NCBI RefSeq assembly: GCF_000237865.1
Contig: NC_017459.1
Span: forward strand, 270,001 to 302,000
From: Haloquadratum walsbyi C23
Lineage (GTDB): Archaea; Halobacteriota; Halobacteria; Halobacteriales; Haloferacaceae
Reading direction: 5' to 3'
DNA length: 32,000 nucleotides
Shown here: piece by piece, positions 1 to 9,214 of the stretch
Numbering within the stretch: position 1 is the first letter of the stretch
How the letters are laid out: the number at the start of each line of letters is the position of its first letter
The notes under the pieces: model-generated
Databases searched by the model: none
What the model was told of the DNA's origin: nothing
Seen by the model: only the letters and a program-made list of their open reading frames with translations
Position numbers and translations under genes: made by a program

Positions 1-1
1 T

Positions 2-973
2 GGAAAGCAAACAAGCCAGTCAGTTGATACATCAGTGTTTGTCTCTGCACTTGAGCCAGATTCGAGTGAGCAAATAACCGTTCAAATGGGTGCTGGTCCG
101 GATGTCTCTGCTGGGACATATACAGTAACTGCGATTGTTGAATATGAGGATGAAAATGGGATTACACAACAATCAGATCCATTACAAGCTGGTGTGACGG
201 TGCGCGAAGAGCGAACATTTGAGCTTGAGAATGTCGAATTGACTGACTTCCGTGTCGATGAGCCAGAGGCTCGAATCGAAGCAACGGTCATCAATCGCGG
301 ACCAACACCCGCACAGAACGCTGTTGTCTCAGTCAGTGGGACAGAAACGATTGCTGTGACGAGTGGTGAATCCGCAGTTGGTGATCTCGCGGTTGGTGAT
401 AGCGCTCCTGTTTCATTCACACTGAATATTCCGGGCGAAGCTGAGCCCGGATCAATCTCACTCCCATTCGCTGTTGAATACGAGAACGAGGATGGTGATG
501 TGTTGCAGACAACAACACCTATTCGACAGTCCGTAACAATCCAGCCAGAACAGGATCGATTTGAGATTGTTGGAACTGAAACAGGTGTTACCCCAGGTGG
601 TAGTGCAACGCTTGCTGTCACACTGCGATACACAGGCAGTGAGCCGGTTTCAGATGCAAATGCAAAGTTATTCACCAGCGATCCAATATCGTCAGCCGAT
701 GATGGAGCATTTCTTGGAACTGTTGAACCAGGGACGACAACAACGGCGACATTCCGGGTAAGTGCATCAAGCGACGCTATTGCGAAGGAATACGCATCAA
801 GTGTCGAAGTACGATACGACGAAGCCGACGGTGACACACGCTTCACTGGATCACTTCCGATTGGTGTGTCGGTCTCTGCTGGTGATTCCGGTGGGCTTCC
901 ACTGATGCCGATTGGTGTCGCCGCAGTGATTGCTGTTCTCGGTGGCGGCGTCGTGCTCTACAGACGGGTGTAA
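2..973 (+). CDS. Surface/S-layer-like repeat protein (COG1361/CARDB-like) with C-terminal TM anchor; 5' partial
   Basis: The reading frame is open to the window edge (no stop between nt 2 and the GTG at 35), so the gene probably starts upstream. There are three similar modules, each ending in a VEYEDENG / VEYENEDGD / VRYDEADGD-type motif. The C-terminus is hydrophobic (PIGVAAVIAVLGGGVVLYRRV). The stop lies 4 nt before the exporter start. Confidence 0.6.
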   Translation, partial: GKQTSQSVDTSVFVSALEPDSSEQITVQMGAGPDVSAGTYTVTAIVEYEDENGITQQSDPLQAGVTVREERTFELENVELTDFRVDEPEARIEATVINRGPTPAQNAVVSVSGTETIAVTSGESAVGDLAVGDSAPVSFTLNIPGEAEPGSISLPFAVEYENEDGDVLQTTTPIRQSVTIQPEQDRFEIVGTETGVTPGGSATLAVTLRYTGSEPVSDANAKLFTSDPISSADDGAFLGTVEPGTTTTATFRVSASSDAIAKEYASSVEVRYDEADGDTRFTGSLPIGVSVSAGDSGGLPLMPIGVAAVIAVLGGGVVLYRRV

Positions 974-977
974 ATCA

Positions 978-3323
978 ATGAAACAATCTCGTCGATTCTT
1001 CTCTCGGATTGGACGGTTTGTTCAGGCACATCCAGTTATGACGTTGTTGCTTGCCGTTGCGCTCATCGGGGTTGCCTTCGTCGGTGCTGGTCAGATTGAG
1101 AGTGTCACCGGTGATCGTGCATTTGTTGGGTCGAATCCAACGCTCGATACATTTGATGATGAGTTTGATTATGGAAGTGTCGCAACACTCGTCCGCGGGG
1201 AGGTGACGGACCCAACGACGATGCGGGCAATTGATCGCTATGATCAGCGGATGAGCGCGGTTGAAGATGTCCAAACGGTCAATAGCCCTGCTGATCGGGT
1301 GCGTGAAGAATACGGACGGATACCCGACTCACAAACGAAAATTGAGCGTGTCATTGGGAGTCCTGATACTGCTGTCATCGGCATTGTTAGTGATGCCGGG
1401 ATGACTCAACAACAGTCACGACCAATCTATACGAAAGCAGTTGACCGCAAAGAATGGGTGCAGTTCCCTGCTGGTGTTTCTGTGACTGTGACTGGGTCTG
1501 CTGCATTCTCGACGCAATTATCAGCGCTCATTCAACAGAGCACACAACAATTGCTTGGACTTGCGGTTGGGCTGATGACCGTTGCATTGTTCTTCCTTTT
1601 CCGTGGGGTTCGACTTCGATTACTCCCGATTGTCGCTGTCTTTGTTGGTGTCATCTATACGTTTGGGGCAATCGGATATGCGGGCGTGCCAAATTCAACG
1701 CTAACGAGCGCTGTATTCCCGATCCTCATCGGACTTGGCATTGATTATTCGGTGCAGTTCCATGAACGATATGAAGAAGAATTGGAAACACATCCTCCGA
1801 AACAAGCGCTTCCACTTGCACTCGGTGGGATTGGACCACCCGTATCGATTGCTGCGATTGCAGCAACGCTTGGATTTGGAGCGACGTGGATCTCCTCGGC
1901 GGGGACTCCTGCATTTGTCTGGTTCGCACAGACATCGATGTTCGGAATTGGGCTGACATTCCTATCGGGCATTATTGTTCTTCTTCCAATATTGACGCTG
2001 TACGCACGCTGGCGTGGTGATGGAGAGACAACAGACACAGATGCAGACGCAGATGCAGACGCAGAAACAAACTCAGATTCTGCTGATGAAGCGATAGATA
2101 CCACGACACCGACGGAATCGACGACTGATACAGATCTCGGTGATATTGGAATGCTCGGTCGGACACTCGGACGGACAACTCGGTTTGTGGCTTCACACCC
2201 GATTGCAGTCCTGTTGATTGCTGTTGTCCTCCTTGGCGGTGGATTAGCTGCTGGTGACAGTCTTGAAACGCTTGCAGACTCTGAAGAATTTATTCCACAG
2301 GACTTACCCGCATATGTTGACCTACAGCAATTCCGGACAGTCACCGGTGGTGGAAGTGCGGTGCAATATGACATGCTTGTCACTGGGAGTAATATCCGTG
2401 ATCCAACGGCGTTGCGATGGATGGAGCAATATCGCCAAATCGCGACAGACAAACCACTGATAGATGGCATGCAAACACCAGCAACGCTGGTTAAACAACA
2501 CAACGGTGGTGAGATCCCAGCAACAGAAGCCGGTGTCAAACGAGTATTGAGTGATATTCCAGCATCTGAACGTGCGAATTACTACAGTGATGGATACGCT
2601 CATATCACCATTATTGGTGAACGGAATATGAACACAGATGAGTTACTTGATTTCCTTGCGATTGCAAAATCTTCCTCAGAGCTCACTCGACCACCGGCTG
2701 GGCTGACTGCTGAACTCACTGGACAAGCAGCAGTATCAACACCATCGATCGTTACCCAGATTGAAACCAGAAATGTGACGACGGGTCTTGGTGTCCTGTT
2801 TGTCTTTGGAGCTCTGTTACTCTATTACCGGAATCTGATCCGTGCGGTTGCACCGTTAGTTCCAATGTTATTCGTCATTGGGTGGCAGAATCTCTACATG
2901 TCAGCGCTTTCAATCCCAGTGTCTCCGCTTGGTGCATCACTTGGTGCAATGAGCGTTGGAATCGGTGCGGAATACACTATCATCGTCATGGAACGATACT
3001 TTGAGGAATTCGGACAATCAGGAGTGTCACGACTTGATGCTGTTGAGATAGCGGGAGCACGAGTTGGAAAGGCAATCACTGTGTCTGGATTAACCACTGT
3101 CTTTGGCTTCTCGGCACTCACGCTGTCGCCATTCCCGATTCTTGGAGATTTCGGCTTCCTTACTGTCGGGGTGATATTCCTGACCCTTGTTGCAGCAATC
3201 TTGACGCTTCCGCCGACACTCATCGTCCTTGGACGCTTGTCTGATCTTGTTGAACGTGTCGTTGCAAGCCGTCGTGATATTGCCGTTCAGGGTGACCCAG
3301 ACGAGGTGAAAGCTGATGACTGA
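978..3323 (+). CDS. RND-superfamily (MMPL/COG1033-type) membrane exporter
   Basis: Two blocks of about 6 TM helices each follow a soluble loop, which is the typical MMPL/SSD architecture. Start moved to the ATG at 978 (MKQSRRFF). An acidic D/T linker (2016-2144) separates the two halves. Confidence 0.85.
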   Translation: MKQSRRFFSRIGRFVQAHPVMTLLLAVALIGVAFVGAGQIESVTGDRAFVGSNPTLDTFDDEFDYGSVATLVRGEVTDPTTMRAIDRYDQRMSAVEDVQTVNSPADRVREEYGRIPDSQTKIERVIGSPDTAVIGIVSDAGMTQQQSRPIYTKAVDRKEWVQFPAGVSVTVTGSAAFSTQLSALIQQSTQQLLGLAVGLMTVALFFLFRGVRLRLLPIVAVFVGVIYTFGAIGYAGVPNSTLTSAVFPILIGLGIDYSVQFHERYEEELETHPPKQALPLALGGIGPPVSIAAIAATLGFGATWISSAGTPAFVWFAQTSMFGIGLTFLSGIIVLLPILTLYARWRGDGETTDTDADADADAETNSDSADEAIDTTTPTESTTDTDLGDIGMLGRTLGRTTRFVASHPIAVLLIAVVLLGGGLAAGDSLETLADSEEFIPQDLPAYVDLQQFRTVTGGGSAVQYDMLVTGSNIRDPTALRWMEQYRQIATDKPLIDGMQTPATLVKQHNGGEIPATEAGVKRVLSDIPASERANYYSDGYAHITIIGERNMNTDELLDFLAIAKSSSELTRPPAGLTAELTGQAAVSTPSIVTQIETRNVTTGLGVLFVFGALLLYYRNLIRAVAPLVPMLFVIGWQNLYMSALSIPVSPLGASLGAMSVGIGAEYTIIVMERYFEEFGQSGVSRLDAVEIAGARVGKAITVSGLTTVFGFSALTLSPFPILGDFGFLTVGVIFLTLVAAILTLPPTLIVLGRLSDLVERVVASRRDIAVQGDPDEVKADD

Positions 3324-3813
3324 ATCGAGCGCTAACCCCTCAGTTGAGCACATACTCGTTCCAGTCGATGGATCACCACAATCAGAGAGTGCTGTTGAGT
3401 ATGTAACTGGAATCTTTCCAACAGCCGATGTCACGCTTCTCACTGTTATTGACCCTGTTAGTGGATTCGCAGCGTACGATGGAACAACAGAGGGCAGTTG
3501 GAAGACACAAGCACAACAAGCAGCCGAGTCACTATTAGCTGAGAAGAGGTCGATACTTCAAGCTGAGACAGACGAATCATCTAATGACGATGCCGACATC
3601 GATACGGACACAGAGTCTATCTCACAGACAATTGAGACAGTCGTTGAATTTGGGGAACCAGTCGAGTCAATCCAAGAGGCTGCGGATACGTATGATGTTG
3701 ATCAGATTGTTATCGGCAGTCATGGTCGAGCAGGTCTCCAGCGAATTATCGTCGGCAGTGTTGCAGAAAATGTGATGCGCGGCGTTTCGATTCCAGTCAC
3801 GATCGTTCGATAA
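3316..3813 (+). CDS. Universal stress protein (UspA family)
   Basis: N-terminal ILVPVDGSPQSESAVEYV and C-terminal IVIGSHGRAGLQRIIVGSVAENVMRGVSIPVTIV motifs. The start overlaps the exporter stop (ATGACTGA). Confidence 0.85.
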   Translation: MTESSANPSVEHILVPVDGSPQSESAVEYVTGIFPTADVTLLTVIDPVSGFAAYDGTTEGSWKTQAQQAAESLLAEKRSILQAETDESSNDDADIDTDTESISQTIETVVEFGEPVESIQEAADTYDVDQIVIGSHGRAGLQRIIVGSVAENVMRGVSIPVTIVR

Positions 3814-3843
3814 ATACTGGGCGGTTCTCATTTGATGCTCTCG

Positions 3844-3883
3844 AACGCTCAAACGCTCAAACGCTCAAAAACTCAGAAATTCA
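3844..3883. repeat. 8-bp tandem repeat: AACGCTCA x3 followed by two degenerate units (AAAACTCA, GAAATTCA)
   Basis: Read directly from the sequence. It lies in the convergent intergenic region after uspA. Confidence 0.8.
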
Positions 3884-3980
3884 GACGGTTACACACATGA
3901 GTGCGATCGACTGATTATCTCTGTCATATCGATACAATACTTATAGTTTCAGTTTTATCAGATAGTATTCTCGAAGAAAA

Positions 3981-5330
3981 TTATTGTCGAACAAGACTTG
4001 CGCCGTCAAATTCAGTTCGTGAGTATTCGATATCCATCAGTTCAAGAATCGTTGGCGCAATATCATAGATATCTGCGTCTTGGATATCAACCGCAGGATT
4101 ATCCACATATAGCGTTGCATTATCGAAGCTATGCATTCCGTTCCGAGGACCAGTATCAAAGATGGATTCATGACCTGAGAATCCAGATTTCAGATCAAAG
4201 CCATGATTTGGAATAACGACAAGATCGGGTGCAATATCATCATGATCACCACGGAATGCCTCCTCGCGTTCAACAACTCGGTCGGCAACAAGATTGCCAT
4301 CAGGTCCCTCAAGCGATTCCAACATTGTCTTCAATTCATCGCGGGTATCCTCATATTCAGATTCCGGGACGCTTCCATGTGCCTCTCTCCCTTCAAGATT
4401 AATGTAGAATCGACCAGGGATGAGTGAGTACGCACGTGACTCAGATGAAATATCTGCAAGTTCATCATGATCGTCATTCGCATATGAGAGCCAGCCCTGT
4501 TCTTCAAGCCATGCATTGCAGTGGAGTTCATACTCAAGCGTCGTGAATCCATGATCAGAGGCAATGACGAGTGTCACATCATCTGGCAGTTGCTCACGAA
4601 TCCGACCAATATACTCATCGACAGTGCGATAAAACTCCATGAATAGCTCGCGATCATCACGCTCTTCTTCATAATCTTTGAATAAGAAGTGATTCACTCG
4701 GTCAGTTGTCATAAAGACGCCAAAGAAGAGATCCCAATCGTCTCGATCAATGATGTCAGTAAATGCCTCGAATCTACGATCAACCGTTTCATAAGCGTTC
4801 TCCATGAAGGCAGTTTTGTCATCGTCATGACCGAGTTTTGCATCGACATCAATCCGATAATCCGCCGCAGCGAGATCATCGGCAAAGGATTCAGGATGAG
4901 TTGCTTTCTCAACGCTTGGTGAAAGGAACCCAGAGACCATTCGCTGGATATTTCGCTGTGGAGGGAATGTAACAGGGACATTCATCACAGTTGCCATCCG
5001 GTCAGCATTGGTCACACGGTCCCATAGTCGGGTTGCTTGGACATCTCGCCCCATTGGCACATATGTGTCATCAGAGCCAACTTCACGATCTTGAAATCCA
5101 TAAACACCCGTTTCACCAGGATTCACCCCAGTGGTCAATGATGGCCAACACGCTGAGGACTCTGGAGGAACGATACTATCGATTGCACCGCCAGCTCCCT
5201 CCTCAGCAAGCGCGGCAAAGGTTGGAAACTCCTCAGGATTATCAGCGAGTAGACTAAATGGCACGCCGTCGATACCGACGAACGCAACACGAGGGTGGTC
5301 TTCACCTCGTAATCGATCGAACAAACCCAT
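3981..5330 (-). CDS. Alkaline-phosphatase superfamily protein (type I phosphodiesterase/nucleotide pyrophosphatase-like, COG3379-type)
   Basis: VAFVGIDGVPFSLL near the N-terminus, LVIASDHGF metal-site motif, about 450 aa, ATG start. Confidence 0.75.
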   Translation of the reverse strand: MGLFDRLRGEDHPRVAFVGIDGVPFSLLADNPEEFPTFAALAEEGAGGAIDSIVPPESSACWPSLTTGVNPGETGVYGFQDREVGSDDTYVPMGRDVQATRLWDRVTNADRMATVMNVPVTFPPQRNIQRMVSGFLSPSVEKATHPESFADDLAAADYRIDVDAKLGHDDDKTAFMENAYETVDRRFEAFTDIIDRDDWDLFFGVFMTTDRVNHFLFKDYEEERDDRELFMEFYRTVDEYIGRIREQLPDDVTLVIASDHGFTTLEYELHCNAWLEEQGWLSYANDDHDELADISSESRAYSLIPGRFYINLEGREAHGSVPESEYEDTRDELKTMLESLEGPDGNLVADRVVEREEAFRGDHDDIAPDLVVIPNHGFDLKSGFSGHESIFDTGPRNGMHSFDNATLYVDNPAVDIQDADIYDIAPTILELMDIEYSRTEFDGASLVRQ

Positions 5331-5594
5331 GTATACTTCGTACTTCCAGGCTGCCGCATAAGAGCTTTTATCTCGGGGGTGATACCGCCGTTGTCTCAGA
5401 CGAATTCTTGCATTCTCATCAGAAAATCTATTACACGACCTCCATCACCGAGGTCGTTGTCACGAAATACGACAATCGGTTGAACTAGGGCTCAACTGTC
5501 GGATACTAACCCGTATATCACAATTCCACGGGTGAATATACTCACTCCTTGTCATATCCTGGTATTTTAGCCGTCGCCGTTACACGAATCCAAT

Positions 5595-6113
5595 ATGAAT
5601 CAATCAGTCATCAAGCGTTTTGAGTCACTATCGACTCAACAGACCCTTGCGTTGACAGCCCTCGGCGGCATTATGATTGGTGCGGTGTTATTTTTCACAG
5701 CCGTGATATTCATTGAACCACTAATAGTATTACTTCGGGGTGGAGGTCCACCCGTCAGTGCCGGTCCACCACCGGAAGCGAGTGCCCCAGCACATGCAGG
5801 TCCACACAGGGCAGCGCCTCATGGGGGCTCACTCAGTGGGTTATTGCTCACCATTTTCGGGCTTATCAGCACCGTTGTCGCCATTTCTCTCGTTATGATA
5901 TACCAGACAGTGACATTCGCTCATGATTCAAACTCGGATGCAGAGCATTCAGATGATGACCCTCTCAGGACACTTCGGCACCGATATGCATCAGGTGAGA
6001 TTGATGATGATGAATTTAAGCGGCGCATGAGTCGAGTCAGTGAAACAGAGTCTTCCTCAACACAGGAACAATCGGAGCAAATACCAGCGAACCCCGATAC
6101 ACAGATTGAATAA
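5595..6113 (+). CDS. Membrane protein with C-terminal SHOCT domain
   Basis: Two hydrophobic helices are separated by a Pro/Ala-rich loop, followed by LRTLRHRYASGEIDDDEFKRRMSRV (SHOCT signature). Confidence 0.7.
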   Translation: MNQSVIKRFESLSTQQTLALTALGGIMIGAVLFFTAVIFIEPLIVLLRGGGPPVSAGPPPEASAPAHAGPHRAAPHGGSLSGLLLTIFGLISTVVAISLVMIYQTVTFAHDSNSDAEHSDDDPLRTLRHRYASGEIDDDEFKRRMSRVSETESSSTQEQSEQIPANPDTQIE

Positions 6114-6187
6114 GAATACTGGCGACTGACTACTGCTATTGATCACTACTACGTATGTAACCGTGTGGTTTTATATTATGATGTGAC

Positions 6188-6730
6188 GTGAGGGAGCGAA
6201 GGAGCGAAGTAGTCGCTTACCATTATATTAATCAACACGTGAGGGAGTTCGAACGAAAGCGGTTATTGGAGCGGGTCAACCGTGAGGCAGCGACCGTCGG
6301 CGTTGATATTCCTGACGTCGTCGAGGTACAAGGCGAGGAGGTCGAACTCCGTGATTTCGTCTTTGAAATTAACCGACGAGATACAATTCCATCTGGTGAG
6401 CGCGACCGTGTCAACCGTGCAAAGAAGAATCTCCGTCGTGAACGCCGTGAACGATTGGATACAATTGAGACAGGAGAGATTCCATACGAGCAGGGTGAGG
6501 AGCTTGCAGATAGTATCGTTGGTATCGATCGTGCACTAAATGCACTTGAGCAACTTCGCAGTGTTGATCTTGAGTCAGAAACCCAAAAACAGACTGCTGC
6601 TGATCGGAAACGTTGGATGAACTTTCTTCAACAGGCACTCGGGCATGAAGACAGCGGCGTTGGAGCAGGTCGCGGTCGCGGTGGTCGCGGTCAAGGAAGT
6701 GGTAGTGGGACATATGGAGGACAATCATAA
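6188..6730 (+). CDS. Hypothetical protein: basic coiled-coil-like centre plus C-terminal RGG tail, translationally coupled to polX
   Basis: Good coding composition. The stop overlaps the polX start (TAATG). GTG start at 6188; an in-frame alternative GTG at 6239 sits inside a duplicated ACGTGAGGGAG motif. Confidence 0.6.
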   Translation: MRERRSEVVAYHYINQHVREFERKRLLERVNREAATVGVDIPDVVEVQGEEVELRDFVFEINRRDTIPSGERDRVNRAKKNLRRERRERLDTIETGEIPYEQGEELADSIVGIDRALNALEQLRSVDLESETQKQTAADRKRWMNFLQQALGHEDSGVGAGRGRGGRGQGSGSGTYGGQS

Positions 6731-8517
6731 TGCGTCGAAATGATGAAATCGCACGCCGATTTGAGGAGTTCGCAGACCGACTTGAGGCTGATGGAGTTGC
6801 ATATAAGCCAAGCGCATATCGCCGCGCTGCAGAAAACATTCGTGAGTGTGCTGACCCGATTGAGGACCTTGCAGCAGAGGGACAAGATGCAGTCGAATCA
6901 ATCAATCGTGTCGGTGATGCAATTGCCTCAAAAGTCATTGAATACATTGAAACCGGATCAATTGATGAACTTGATGAGCTTCGTGACCGCCTTCCAGTTG
7001 AGATTGATGCACTCACTCGTGTCGATGGGGTTGGTCCAAAGACCGTTGGAAGCCTCTATGACGAATTAGGGATCACAACGCTTGATGAACTCGCTGCGGC
7101 GGCTGAAGCCGAAGAAATCCGCGATGTCAGTGGATTCGGGGCGAAAACAGAGACAAATATTCGTGAAAATGTGGCGTTTGCCCGACAGGCTGGTGAGCGT
7201 GAACGAATTGGAGATGTCCGTCCACTCGCTGATGAAGTCCTCACGTTCCTCCGCCGTCGTGAAATAGTCGAAACCAGTGAGGTTGCTGGGTCAATTCGCC
7301 GATGGCGCGATACGATTGGTGATATCGATGTTCTTGCTGCATCAACCGAGAGTAACCAGGTTGTCGACGCATTTACTGATTGGTCAGCAGCAACAAATGT
7401 GATCGAAGCCGGCGAAAATAAGGCAAGTCTCCGTGCTGAGGGTGTTCGGATCGACCTTCGGGTAGTTGACCCCGACGAATTTGGCGCTGCACTGCAATAC
7501 TTTACTGGGAGTAAAGACCACAACGTTGCATTACGAAATCGAGCGATCGAACGCGATCTAAAAATGAATGAATATGGCGTCTTTGACGTCAGCGATGTCA
7601 ATACAAATAATAACGCTGATAACGATGCTGATATCGACGAAAGAAACACTCAGCGCATTGGTGACCGGATTGCCGGGAAAACAGAAGAGTCGATGTATGA
7701 AGCGCTTGAGTTACCGTGGATTCCACCGGAGCTCAGAGAGAATCGTGGTGAGATTGAAGCAGCAGCCGAGGGAACGCTCTCAGAGCTACTGACAGTCGAA
7801 GATATGTGTGGTGATCTCCATACACACACAACCCGCTCTGATGGTCGTGCAAGCCGTGAGCAGATGGTTGATGCCGCAGTTGGTCGAGGATATGAATATT
7901 ACGCTGTCACAGACCATGCAAGTGGTCCTGGAATGGTCGGTGGGATCGGGCTCAGCGATGACGACCTTCGTGAGCAACGAGAGGCAATTAAGACTGCAAG
8001 CGAAACACGAGGAGATGAGATTGAACTCCTTGCAGGGGTTGAGACGAATATTGACGCAGAGGGCGACCTCTCGACAGGAGATGATATTCTCACAGAGCTT
8101 GATGTTGTTGTTGCATCGCCACACACTGCGCTTGGACAAGAGCGTGAAACAGCAACGGAACGGCTCATCCGAGCAGTGAATCATCAAAGCGTCGATGTGC
8201 TTGGTCACCCAACCGGTCGGCGAATCAACGAACGCCCTGGACTTGATATCGATATTGAACGCGTCGCAAAAGCTGCTGCTGAGGCAGAGACTGCATTAGA
8301 GGTAAATGCAAACCCCACACGACTTGACCTCCATGGAACGTTCATACAGGTGGCTCGCGATGCCGGTGCAACGATTGCGATTAATACCGATGCGCATGCA
8401 CCGGAGTCACTGGCATACGCTCGTTATGGCGTGCATACTGCTCGACGTGGATGGTGTACCCCACCAGATGTATTGAATAGCTTTGATCTCACAGATCTTC
8501 GAGAATTTTTGCATTAA
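6730..8517 (+). CDS. polX: DNA polymerase X family protein with C-terminal PHP (3'-5' exonuclease/phosphoesterase) domain
   Basis: HhH motifs (VDGVGPKTV, GFGAKTE), catalytic GSIRRWRDTIGDIDVL, YFTGSKDHN, then PHP motif GDLHTHTTRSDG...TDHA. Confidence 0.9.
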   Translation: MRRNDEIARRFEEFADRLEADGVAYKPSAYRRAAENIRECADPIEDLAAEGQDAVESINRVGDAIASKVIEYIETGSIDELDELRDRLPVEIDALTRVDGVGPKTVGSLYDELGITTLDELAAAAEAEEIRDVSGFGAKTETNIRENVAFARQAGERERIGDVRPLADEVLTFLRRREIVETSEVAGSIRRWRDTIGDIDVLAASTESNQVVDAFTDWSAATNVIEAGENKASLRAEGVRIDLRVVDPDEFGAALQYFTGSKDHNVALRNRAIERDLKMNEYGVFDVSDVNTNNNADNDADIDERNTQRIGDRIAGKTEESMYEALELPWIPPELRENRGEIEAAAEGTLSELLTVEDMCGDLHTHTTRSDGRASREQMVDAAVGRGYEYYAVTDHASGPGMVGGIGLSDDDLREQREAIKTASETRGDEIELLAGVETNIDAEGDLSTGDDILTELDVVVASPHTALGQERETATERLIRAVNHQSVDVLGHPTGRRINERPGLDIDIERVAKAAAEAETALEVNANPTRLDLHGTFIQVARDAGATIAINTDAHAPESLAYARYGVHTARRGWCTPPDVLNSFDLTDLREFLH

Positions 8518-8636
8518 AATCAAGATATGCTTCACTCCGGTCGAGATCACCTGCATCACCGATATTACCCGTTTATTTTCTGCGTGAATCTGCAGAGTAA
8601 TAACTATTAGAAATGGAAACAGGATAGTAATACTCG

Positions 8637-9188
8637 ATGACAGACACTGAGGCATCATCTGAACGATTCCTTCTTGATGCAATGCTTGGCTCGCTCTCGA
8701 CATATCTTCGGATGTGTGGACATGACGCCGCCTATGTGCTTGATATAACCCCTAATCGAGAAGTCGAAGAAGACAGAGATACAATAAATATGGACACTAC
8801 TCCGAGTCCCTCATCTCGTGGGCTAACCGATGATGAAATCCTCGCACACGCAAGCAGTGAGAAGCGTACCATCCTCACACGTGACACTGAACTCGCACAG
8901 CGAGCAGACGATGTAGTCTTATTGACTGCCCGAGATGTTGAAGATCAACTCCATGAACTCGCTACTATTGGGTATGATTTGACGCTTCGACCACGACTTA
9001 GTCGCTGTGGTGCATGCAACGGACGTATTGAATCTCTCTCATCAGATGTGGTAGTCCCCGAGTATGCGCCCGATCCAAGTGAAAAGGACTGCTGGCAATG
9101 TCTGAGATGTGAACAGATATTCTGGAAAGGAAGTCACTGGGATGATGTCGAAGCGACGCTTGAGCGTGTACAATCATCATATAACTGA
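8637..9188 (+). CDS. Mut7-C RNase domain protein (PIN-like N-domain plus C-terminal zinc ribbon)
   Basis: FLLDAMLGSLSTYLRMCGHDAAY at the N-terminus; RCGACNGRI ... CWQCLRCEQIFWKGSHW at the C-terminus. Confidence 0.75.
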   Translation: MTDTEASSERFLLDAMLGSLSTYLRMCGHDAAYVLDITPNREVEEDRDTINMDTTPSPSSRGLTDDEILAHASSEKRTILTRDTELAQRADDVVLLTARDVEDQLHELATIGYDLTLRPRLSRCGACNGRIESLSSDVVVPEYAPDPSEKDCWQCLRCEQIFWKGSHWDDVEATLERVQSSYN

Positions 9189-9214
9189 TGTGAATAATAA
9201 TCAGAACAACACTA

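Noticed and set aside
82-846. Long ORFs that are antisense to, or out of frame with, confidently called genes: 82-846(-), 1745-2539(-), 6411-7016(-), 7056-7649(-), 21719-22303(+), 23897-24637(+), 24195-24758(+) and 30311-30892(+).
   Set aside because: Each lies entirely inside a gene with clear family motifs. Their translations are S/R/P/C-rich low-complexity sequence, unlike the acidic local proteome. They are typical shadow ORFs.
5366-5425. A possible third, degenerate copy of the hairpin repeat (CTCGGGGGTGATACCGCCGTTG...TTCTTGCATTCTCATCAG).
   Set aside because: It shows only patchy short matches, lacks the second stem arm, and cannot be told apart from chance by eye.
5435-5457. An 8-bp hairpin, ACGACCTC-catcacc-GAGGTCGT, in the divergent promoter region at 5331-5594.
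   Set aside because: It is a single short stem with no second copy or other supporting context, so I did not report it as a feature.
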